NCBI RefSeq assembly: GCF_964194025.1
Contig: NC_134477.1
Coordinates: 11,160,001 to 11,224,000 of the forward strand
From: Convolutriloba macropyga
Taxonomy: Eukaryota
Direction of reading: 5' to 3'
DNA: 64,000 bases
Made by a program: the position numbers and the translations under genes. Under the pieces are notes generated by a model. That model searched no databases. It was not told where the DNA came from and was given only the letters and a program-made list of their open reading frames with translations. Of the stretch, positions 36,701 through 48,700 are shown piece after piece. How positions within the stretch are numbered: the first letter of the stretch is position 1; each line of letters starts with the position of its first letter.

Positions 36701-39700
36701 AAAAAATTTCGTCAAATTTGCCAAAAATATTTAAAATCTTTTAACAATAGTATTGCTGATTTTATTTTTAAAGACAAAAAGGTATTGTTGACTATTTTTT
36801 GACTAAAATTTCGGCTATATATTTCAAAATTCAGCCTTTTTCATCAAAAAATGCGCGAAATAAGCTTCTTTTAATCACTTTGATAAAATTTGCCGGAAGT
36901 ACACAGCCAAAAATAACTAACACGTTTTTTAACTACAAAGGGGAGCTAATTCTACTTCCACTTTCATTGAGAGTAGTCTAAAATAAAAAGTTTTTGTTTT
37001 TTTTTTGCTTAATTTAGTCAATTCCGTTCTTTGCTAAATCGCAGCAGTTGTTTTTGATCTTTTAACGAAAAAATAGATCTATAACATTTGAAACAATTGA
37101 GAGTTCTTAATTGACGAAAAGCAATAGCCAGGTTGGTTTTGGTCCAATCTTGGACTTACAATCAAACATAATTCGGGTTGTAATCAGTCGGTCTTTTTAA
37201 TTTAAAAGTTTCGATCTTTTTTATATTAGTTAAACAACAGAACAATTCAAATCAAAGCTCACTGTTGATGTCCTATTGGTTTTCTAACTAGTTCCAAACT
37301 AATGTATCTAGTTTCTTCAGTCGAAAGATTATGGTCGTATTAAATTTTCAAAATGTCTGATTTTTAATTAAAGAATGGATTATTGAGCTTTGCCACTATT
37401 TGTCTCTTAATTTGGCTAACCTGCAGCTTACTGTCAGAAAAGAAAGAATGTTTCTATCTCCTCTTCTTTCCATTGAATTAAAAATCAATTGTTTTTGCGG
37501 CTATACGCGTAAAGTTATGGTTTTCCGGCTTTGAAACCACTAGATTTCACATTTTTTTTTTATTTTTATTCATTGGCGCATTTTTCATGTTTTTTTCTCG
37601 TTTTGTCACTTTACCACATTATTGACACTTAACATATTACATTATTGGCGTTCACAATCAGGCATAAATGAACACATAAAAGTCTTTAAAAGCATAGATA
37701 AGGGCTTTAACGGCTTCGACGCCCCTTTCTCGAAGAACTTCATTGAAATTTTTAGATTGGTCTTCAGCTGTCGTTTTTACTTTGTCTTTTCGGTCTTATG
37801 AAAAATCCTGGATAATGACTGTCTCGTTGGTTTTTTATGGAGGAATAACTGAGCCTGTATTCTGAATTGAGTAGATAGCCGATGGCTTTCATGACTTTGA
37901 AAACAATTGTTTTCAAAAATTTAAAAACGAAAACACTTTTTAACTTCGCATTTTGTTTTTTTGTCTAATTGTAAACTAGTCTCGTTAATTATAGGACACA
38001 TATGGCATTATTGTCTTAGAGTTTAGGTGCAAGAAAGCAAATGCTATTCCTTTTAAAGAATTCGTTATGAATTTACTGGTTTCGACAGTTTTTCGCAAAA
38101 ACAGTAAACAAATGTTTGATTTTTGTCTACATTAGACCATCTGTTTGTGACATTAGACATATTCTGAATAAAGAAAAGAACTCAAGTGCTTCCTTTGGAC
38201 GAATAAACGAACCTATTTAATGATATAATTTTGTAAGTAATGGCTTTCATGGCTTTGAAAAAAATGTTTTACCTAAAAAATACAAAAGTATTACACAAAT
38301 TTGGCTTTTTCTCTTATTTTGTCTACTAGTTACCTATTCTCAATAATGAGAGGTCGCATACCACATTATTGGCGTTTGAGGAAGGCTCAATTGAATATAT
38401 TTTGAGGGGCAAAATGTGGCTTTAGGGTTTCGAAAGCGTTTTCTCGCGTTTTAATTGAATTTTTGTTTGTCTCTATCTGTTGTTCTTATTGTAACCGCAT
38501 AAAAAATTGAAAGATGAGAGCTCTTAATGACCACCTAGAGAGACGCATGTAATGAAAAAACGTGATGGTTGTTTTCAATTGCTATCTAATGGTTTCACTT
38601 TGAAATTCAGTGTTTTTAAAAAACATAAGCCAATTTCTTAACATTGCTGTTCTGTTTTGTCTAATTGTTACCAAGCCTTATTATGGAGTGGTCCCATATC
38701 TTTTCTAGTGAAGTACAACTTTTTTTTGTTAGTTTCAGTTTTATCTGACGTTTTTTACCTTGTTAATAATTTTTTTTAATGAACAAAATTTGGATGTATT
38801 TAATGTTTGTTGTTATTGTTGTTTGATTTTGTTGTTCGTCTTGACTTGCTTTCTTAATAATGGCTGATCTCATCAATCTTATGCGGTAGTTTTTACTCCA
38901 CTGAGTTATTCGGGTTGGAAGCGATCTTTTTTGTCAAATTTAGTCAAGTTTGCCAAAAACTTGCAAAAAATTTCGTCAAATTTGCCAAAAATATTTAAAA
39001 TCTTTTAACAATAGTATTGCCGATTTTATTTTTAAAGACAAAAAAGTATTGTTGACTATTTGTTGACTAAAATTTCGGCTATATATTTCAAAATTCAGCC
39101 TTTTTCATCAAAAAACGCGCGAAATAAGCTTCTTTTAATCACTTTGATAAAATTTGCCGGAAGTACACAGCCAAAAATAATTAACACGTTTTTTAACTAC
39201 AAAGGGGAGCTAATTCTACTTCCACTTTCATTGAGAGTAGTCTAAAATAAAAAGTTTTTGTTTTTTTTTGCTTAATTTAGTCAATTCCGTTCTTTGCTAA
39301 ATCGCAGCAGTTGTTTTTGATCTTTTAACGAACAAATAGATCTATAACATTTGAAACAATTGAGAGTTCTTAATTGACGAAAAGCAATAGCTAGGTTGGT
39401 TTTGGTCCAATCTTGGACTGTTACAATCAAACATAATTCGGGTTGTAATCAGTCGGTCTTTTTAATTAAAAAGTTTCGATCTTTTTTATGTTAGTTAAAC
39501 AACAGAACAATTCAAATCTAAGCTCACTGTTGATGTCCTATTGGTTTTCTAACTAGTTCCAAACTAATGTATCTAGTTTCTTCAGTCGAAAGATTATGGT
39601 CGTTTTAAATTTTCAAAATGTCTGATTTTTAATTAAAGAATGGATTATTGAGCTTTGCCACTATTTGTCTCTTAATTTGGCTAACCTGCAGCTTACTGTC

Positions 39701-42700
39701 AGAAAAGAAAGAATGTTTCTATCTCCTCTTCTTTCCATTGAATTAAAAATCAATTGTTTTTGCGGCTATACGCGTAAAGTTATGGTTTTCCGGCTTTGAA
39801 ACCACTAGATTTCACATTTTTTTTTATTTTTATTCATTGGCGCATTTTTCATGTTTTTTTCTCGTTTTGTCACTTTACCACATTATTGACACTTAACATA
39901 TTACATTACTGGCGTTCACAATCAGGCATAAATGAACACATAAAAGTCTTTAAAAGCATAGATAAGGGCTTTAACGGCTTCGACACCCCTTTCTCGAAGA
40001 ACTTCATTGAAATTTTTAGATTGGTCTTCAGCTGTCGTTTTTACTTTGTTTTTTCGGTCTTATGAAAAATCCTGGATAATGACTGTCTCGTTGGTTTTTT
40101 ATGGAGGAATAACTGAGCCTGTATTCTGAATTGAGTAGATAGCCGATGGCTTTCATGACTTTGAAAACAATTGTTTTCAAAAATTTAAAAACGAAAAAAC
40201 TTTTTAACTTCGCATTTTGTTTTTTTGTCTAATTGTAAACTAGTCTCGTTAATTATAGGACACATATGGCATTATTGTCTTAGAGTTTAGGTGCAAGAAA
40301 GCAAATGCTATTCCTTTTAAAGAATTCGTTATGAATTTACTGGTTTCGACAGTTTTTCGCAAAAACAGTAAACTAATCTTTGATTTTTGTCTACATTAGA
40401 CAATCTGTTTGTGACGTTAGACATATTCTGAATAATGAAAAGGACTCAAGTGCTTCCTTTGGACGAATAAACGAACCTATTTAATTATATCATTTTGTAA
40501 GTAATGGCTTTCATGGCTTTGAAAATAATTGTTTTACCAAAAAAAAACAAAAGTATTACACAAATTTGACTTTTTCTCTTATTTTGTCTACTAGTTACCT
40601 ATTCTCAATAATGAGAGGTCGCATACCACATTATTGGCGTTTGAGGAAGGCTCAATTGAATATATTTTGAGGGGCAAAATGTGGCATTACGGTTTCGAAA
40701 GCGTTTTCTCGCGTTTTAATTGAATTTTTGTTTGTCTCTATCTGTTGTTCTTATTGTAACCGCATAAAAAATTGAAAGATTAGAGCTCTTAATGACCACC
40801 TAGAGAGACGCATGTGATGAAAAAACGTGATGGTTTTTTTCAATTGCTATCTAATGGTTTCACTTTGAAATTCAGTGTTTTTAAAAAACATAAGCCAATT
40901 TCTTAACATTGCTGTTCTGTTTTGTCTAATTGTTACCAAGCCTTATTATGGAGTGGTCCTATATCTTTTCTAGTGAAGTACAACTTTTTTTGTTAGTTTC
41001 AGTTTTATCTGACGTTTTTTACCTTGTTAATAAATTTTTTTAATGAACAAAATTTGGATGTATTTAATGTTTGTTGTTATTGTTGTTTGATTTTGTTGTT
41101 CGTCTTGACTTGCTTTCTTAATAATGGCTGATCTCATCAATCTTATGCGGTAGTTTTTACTCCACTGAGTTATTTGGGGTGGAAGCGATCTTTTTGAAAA
41201 ATACTTGAATTTTTGTGGGTTTTCTATCAATTCCAACAATCACGTGCAAGTTTAAACAGCCAAATCTTTGCAGTGCCAGATTCTTGAATGACAGATTTTT
41301 CCTTTACACAATGCCAGATTTTAAAGCTGCTGGCAATTTAGAACTTGCAGAGTGCGTGTGTTTCAAGCAAAATTACGTGACTCTGTTACAAATGGCTTCG
41401 AAACTCTGGCTTACGTCTCAAACTGCTACATGGTTCTCGACAACTTTCGACCAGATATTCATGAGAGCAGTAACTTCATCAGACTCTCGTCAACTATACT
41501 TACAAACGAAGGCAAATCTGATTTTAGGGTTGTGCAGAAATTCTAAGACGCATTCGAAGCGCGTGTACGTTAATTTGAAGGACAAACTATTATGATACAG
41601 ATTTATAACTATAAAATTAAATGTGGGTTTTCTATATTGATTTTTAACTTACAGTTAGTCCCCGGTCATACTGAAACATAAAAAAAATGAAAAAACCAAC
41701 CAATCGGACTCAAGTCTCCTCTGATGATGATATATAACAGGGACGATTATGTAATACACTGGACTATGATGACGTAACATGAGACGGCTATGATGTCATC
41801 ACCCACGTCGTCATCATTTGGAGCACAGTACTGCTTCGAAGGTTCCAGAGGGTACGACCTGAACAACAATTAAACATGGAAATCACTGAAACCATTTTTT
41901 CAAGACCCCTGAACACCACCGACTGACGTCGGATGAATCGCTCTTTACCTACCTGCGGCGATTAACACAATTATGGTGTCAACTACAAATGTCTCATACA
42001 AACCAAAAAGGCCAGAAAAACTGGACCAAATTCAAAACCATCGTTTTAAAAATTACCATTTAGAGCCTCGCTTCCTAGCAATTTTAATACTCCGTGAAAC
42101 TCGGATACTAATTACCGTTTAGCAAACCCACACCTTGACATAACGTTCTCAGATTTTACCCGATTATCCCCAATTTGTACGAAGAGTAATTAGATCGGTC
42201 AGACAAAAAGTTCGTTAAGACAGGCCAATAGCACCCAAATAACAACTACACGCTTTCGTTTCAGATCATTTTAGCATTTGAATGGGAGAAATTCAATTCA
42301 TTTAATCATTCTAATCAGCATTCATAATTTGATATAGACACAACTCCATCAGTGCAGGAGAAAGCATACATCAAGATAGCCATCAAGTATTAAGCTACTT
42401 TGATCAATTTTCTGGAGAATGAAAGATTCGAATTAAATCAAAGAAAAGCTCTGCCAAAGTTATATCCTCTGTTGTCATAAAACGAGATTTTTGGAATGCG
42501 ATTGGGGAAAAACTAATAAAACAGTATAGTGCTAGCAGATTAATAAAAGACATCACCCAACTATTTAAATTTCCAGAGTAAAAACGAACTATTCATGAAA
42601 CAACTCCAACTTTGTAAAAAAAAACTTAAGGAAACTAGAATGAAACTAAATACTTTAATTTGCATATTTATAGACAAAAACGTTGCTTGCAAGGAAAGTA

Positions 42701-45700
42701 AGCAGGTTGCCTTGAAATGAACTGATAGACAGTTGTTCGACAAAATGATAACTTGTAATCGATTCAATTATGAGTGAATTTCATTCAAAATTTTACTGAC
42801 TTTTTCCAAGTTCGGGATTTCAAGCAAAAGTTCTGGTTTTTGCTAAGTTACATTAGCAGACATGTGCTAAGTAACTGATTAGTAGAGCGGTGGTACCATC
42901 TCGTTTGAAAACGGGATAATAAAACAACCACCAATTGGTATATAAGCCAGACAGAATTTCGAAAATATTATGCCTGTGGTGTAAATGTTAAAAAGCTTAA
43001 CTTAGGCTCGGGGATTGTTAGTTCCAGTCCTCTTGGAATTAAATTATTTGCCATAATTCCCTTAGGCAACACAATTTTTCGATTGTTACTACCACTATTC
43101 TACTATTCCGCCTCCTATATAGAGCACAGCAAAACAACTCGGCAGAAATGATAAAATTTATGCCTCCCTCCGATCTCGCACTAGGAGAACCATAGCAAAA
43201 ACTCGAATAAGCGTGACGTTAAAAACCGTTACCTAAACCAGAGAAACAAAGCAAAAGCTAGCTACAGTTACTAGATGCTATATTAGATGCCATTTCAAAT
43301 GTTCAAAAATTTAGAGCAGACTGAATTTTTAAAACTGTTCTTGACGATAATCGCGGACACTGTTGCTTAGCTTATGGAGAAAGTGCAGCAAAAGTTATTA
43401 TAGCTTTTCTAATCCTACATTCTAAGCCAACCAGGCAACAAAAACTTGTTTTTAAGTACAAAAACTACTATAAAAAACTATTGCATCTCTGCATCCCAAT
43501 GCCTGTCAACCTCATTTTATCTCAACAAAATCTTCAGTACATAGTTACTTAAAAAAACTCAAACCAATGCACTTAATTAACACAAAAGCTACCTGTCAAT
43601 TATGGTTTGAACTTAACTACCAAATTAAATAATTAGCATACCGAATGCTTACCACAAAAGAGCTTAAAAAATACCGCCAACCTCCCCTAAAAAAGGAGGC
43701 CATTATTCACATTCCGAAGTAAAATTGACCCCGGAGAAAACTTCCTCCTCTCCAAAAAGCATCGCGACATCTCTGGCGTATGTTTTTTTGCGCCGACAGC
43801 AGCGTGTGAACAATTAAGTTTGTTGGGCAAAACAACACAAAACTGACAACTTCTATACTTGAGTCGGCAAAAAATGCATTGCGAAACACCATGGTCAAAC
43901 AACGTAGCAACCAACGTAACCCAATGAATCATAAACAAACATAGCAGGCAAATTGCCCGAAAATAGCCGCCGTTGATGCCCATCGGGATTGAATTAGACG
44001 ACAAAAAATAAATTAAAACTGACAGAATTTGTTTCAAAGTGTCGAAAAGTGATCTAATGTTATGAGCAGTTTTAGTCAAAAGCTAAACTTCTACTTAATT
44101 CAGCCTCTAAACTGAAGCCTATTAAAGTTTATGCTGATGCCAGTCAGCAATCGCTTTTATGAACTTTGATAACGTAATGCATTATCATTTAATGACAGGG
44201 CCGTATCGGTTTATCCCGTCTCTTCTGATTTTGCTCTTTTGACATAGACCGTATTCACTACATTGGGTAATTCAATGTGTGACCAAATTTCAAATCCACT
44301 TAGTTAAAACAGTGAGTGAGTTAAATCAGCAGTCGAACTTGAAAGTCGTGACTTATGTAAAACCAAAACGTAAACAAGGCAAAGCGAAAAAAAATCAAAT
44401 ATAGCAGGACAAGCCCTAAACTACAATTCAAAACATTAACTTAATAATTATTTAACAAAGAACTGGACCTAGAAAACATTTGGAATGACGTTGAAAACAA
44501 AACATTAAAGCTTTAAAATTCGAGTGATAAAAATCAGACTGTAAAGCCACCTGCATTTCCGCTCGGCGAGATTGAAATCGGTACACCAATTTGACTTGAA
44601 AAATTACGAGAGCGCCCCAATTAAAAGAAAAAGACAGCGCATCAGTACAATTCAAATTCTTGCACTGTATTATTGTTTGAATTGTACAAAAAGGATAGCC
44701 GCAGAGAGGCTGACGGCGGCTATTAAAAATATACACCCTACTCTGTTAGTTGGGTAGGGTCGGATAAGACCAGTTTGTGTTGGTTGGGTGTTTAATATAA
44801 AACTTCCTTCTCTACCCTAAATTGATTATTTAGTGCTGAGTTATATAATAGCAAAATCTGGGTTCCAGTTTCATATACAACTAATTTCAGTGATTTTTAG
44901 CGGAATTCTTTTATCACGGCTTAGCACAGCTATCGATCAGTAGGTTTAAGTATTTTTACTACCTCTGTTGTACAATGTCGTTACAGTAGTATCTGTTGAG
45001 GATGGTAAGAAGAGTCCTCCTGTCGTGGTCATCTGTCACTCTCCCTCCGTAGTTACACTCTCCAGCTAGGTAAGTAAGTGCCTCAAATGGGATCTCCTGC
45101 AAACAGGTAAGTTACGATAGAACCCTGACCATTGCGTAATCAACCTTAGTCAGAAGTCAAGAAGTCATTCTTGAGGCTAAGAGATATCGAACCTATTTGC
45201 TAAGATGTCCAAAAAAATAGCAACAAAGTTTGATTTATCTAAAAAAGAAAAAGTCAGATATTTAGGAAAAAGTGATGCTCAAAATTTCAGATTAAAAAAT
45301 GTATGTTTCTTTTTATTGCAGCCTTCAACCTCCAGGAAATTAAGAACATTAATCAGCTTTGAACTCACCATTTGAGTATAAATAAGGGGCTTAATTAACC
45401 CCCCTCCCAGCTTTGTGGTCATATAATGTATACCCCATCATGATAAACATACCAAAATGGAGGCTATAGTGGGACAGTCCCTGAATAAGTTTTGCTACAG
45501 TAAAATTGAACAGACCTCATATTGGTTGAGGAACATGGACAGCTGTTGGACACTGATCCTGAGATCTGTCTCGTTGAACTCATACGGAATATTCCACCCC
45601 AGTGGACCAAACTTCCTCCTCTCCTGGAGGAGTGCGTGGAAGAAACACAATCCGAACAGCATCTTCTTAAACACTTTCTGAAACACACGGCAGAGTTTAT

Positions 45701-48700
45701 GTGCTGAAGATAACTTGATGATGGTTGAATATGGTGGTGATTAAGGTTTTATGTTGGATCTTAACAGAGACTTATTCTGGAAAACAAACGGGGTCTTTTC
45801 CATTATAGCCCTCAACAGATCAGTGGTCATATAAGGTCCCCTTAACCGTGAGCATGCCATATTGGGAGAAGGGTGGCTATAACTTTGCGGTGGTGGGGGG
45901 GGGGGGGGGGGTGGAGCTACAATGGGACAAACTCTAACATTCTATGGAAAAAGCTAATACTACAAAACACAAAACTGATTGCAGCAAAAAATATCCTATT
46001 TATTCAATCGTCATTAATTTTGAATCTTTCCGTTTATCATTACTCAGCTTACTGGTGCATATTTGCAACCCACAAGCAATAGTAACAAATAATTAATTGT
46101 TATGTAATAAGACATATTTTTTAATGAACTCTAGCTTTCTTTGACATAATTCGAGAATACTCACAATCTGTTTGTTGCCAGAAAAGAATTCTGGATCATT
46201 GATTGGATCCGAAATGTAGGAACGGAGGATGTTCGCTTTGATGCCCCTCGGGGGCTCATTGGTCATTTTGACTCCATTCTGTAATACAGACACTGGGAAG
46301 TGGGGAGAGGGGTAACTGGTCAGCCAGAGACGGAAGTCAGGGTGTACTTGCTCTGGGTTCACTTCCTAAAAGTATACCACAGTTCAGGGAAAATTTTAAA
46401 ACATTTGTGGAACATCGTGTATTTACCCCCCCCCCCCCCCGTTCAGAAATGGTAGTTAGTAGACGTAAGAAAATCGTCGGTATGTTCGTTTTTTTTAGAA
46501 TTGCCATGGTCGATTTTAAACGTAAGAAACCACCCTCCCCAAATATAGCTAAAATTACCCATATATGAAAGTAAACAAATTTAGACTCAAAAATCTATAA
46601 GCGTACATCGGAATCTTTCGAAACTGCATTTATTTCCGATTAAAACAGAAATTGGACTTCCATCATGAGTAAAAATCAGGAATATGTTTTCTCCCAGCGA
46701 ATGAACTATACAAATCCAGTGTTTACTACTTACATTTCCATCAATGTCCACTTCGACCACTGCTTGTCTCTCTGCTTTCAACTTTCCCTAAAACAGCGGT
46801 TCACAACTTTTTATGTCGGTTATTTGACCACTAAAGTTTCAACTTTTGATCTCTAACTCAACTGACCTCGCAAATCTTTTCCAGGGTTCCCATCCAGGAC
46901 ACAGCCACGTGACAGTTCTGCAGAACTACCCAGATACCCTCTTTGATTCCTCTCTCAATCATGTTCACTGCAATTGGACCCTGGCCCTGTCCTAATGACA
47001 GTGTGATCATCTTGGCACCACCGAAACCCTAAAGAAAGCAACTGTGTGTGTTAGCCCGAGTAAGGAATCAACTGAAAATTTTGTAAGAATCTTGCAAGGG
47101 AATGGATAAGTCTTAGATTTTTCTTGCAAGAATCTTGCAAAATTCGCATTCTTCTTGCCAGATTTTTGCAAAATTTTGAATGCATCTGCAAAAAAAATTT
47201 AAGATTTTGAATTCACCCCTATTTTTCGAGGTTGGTCTAGCTAGAATAGTTAATCAGCTGCCGGAAAATTTACCGATGCCAAGTTATAAAATGACTTTTC
47301 GAGACTTTGCAGTATAAATATTCGTGGTTCGTTCCTCTTCCTTTTTCTTTCCTGTCTCGATGATTACTCTCCGACGTATCGAGTAATTAAGGGACGGAAG
47401 CGACGCGAAAATTAACAGAGTGAACCATTAGCAACGAGTGTAGAAAAACAGGAGTCTAATACGCTTAAGTTTCAAAAGGCATACGAGCTATATTTGTTTC
47501 TCGTCTAAATCCGAGCCGAATGCTTAGATTCTATTGACCAAAGAAACTGATTGGATTAAATAAAAGTAAAACAAGTGTAAGAAATACCAAATTATTTAGT
47601 TGTCGTCGCTTGATAATCTATGGTGTGTGGTCGGGTTGTGCTCCACTCGGGCTCTCCGTGGCCGCAACCCCTGACGGTTTTATGGGAGAAGGAGGTTCCG
47701 ACCACGGATAGACTTTCGTTACGCTATTTTGTAAGTATTTCACAAAAAAACCTCTGAAGTAGAAAGAGGTAATAACCTTAAAGATCAACCAATCAGAGAA
47801 CAAAAGATATTCGGTTTCAAATGGTGCTAGGAAAATAGGCCGACAGGGCGTTTAGCAGACAAGGAAAAAATGAGAAATTTAGGCGACAGTTTCATTGGTC
47901 CATAAATCAGTAGTCCGGTGGACCATTGTTTCTGGTGTGCGGTCGGGTGGCGCTCCACTTGGCCTCTCCGCTGCCGCAACCCCCCTCCCCACCCTGACGG
48001 GGGGAGGGGGAGGGGAGGTTGCCATCACGGATAGAACTTCGTTACGCTAGTTGCCGGTATATTTTTCCGCTTACGAAATAGTATTGGCCAATCAGAGCTT
48101 CAGAACTAATTTTATCGCTCATTTTACTTCAATTGTCGGTTAAATTTCCCATTTTTGGTTGTCGGCTAAACGCCCTGTCGGCGAATCCGGCAGCCACAGT
48201 TTCAAACCTCATTTTATGGCAGTCTGTTCTGCACCCGTTCAGCTCTACTGGCGTCCTCACTATTAGGCACTTCACGTTTAAATTCCAGTAAGCTGAATTT
48301 TGTAAAAGAGCCAAAAAAACATTTCCAAGATGGTGCTAACATTGATTTGTTTGCGTCGCATCGCCGCGACAACCGGTCAGCTGTTTTCGGATTACATCCC
48401 AAAGCGGATGAGAGGCATGGCCATGAACAGTGGTCTGCTGGTTTCTCACAACCTCTGGATTCTTTTAAAAAGAGGTATTTTGTTTCATCAATGGATTCTT
48501 TTAAAAAGAGGTATTTTGTTTCATTAGGGAATAAATTATAAATTGAAAGTACTAAAGCACTGCCTGGATTGCATTGGTTAATAATATAATATTTTAAAAA
48601 GATTGCATAGCTGTTAGATTACTTTCGGCTTGCTTTTACTTCGGCTTGCTTTGCGTTCACCGTATTAATTTATAAATCCACTCCAATTTACCTTCTCCAA

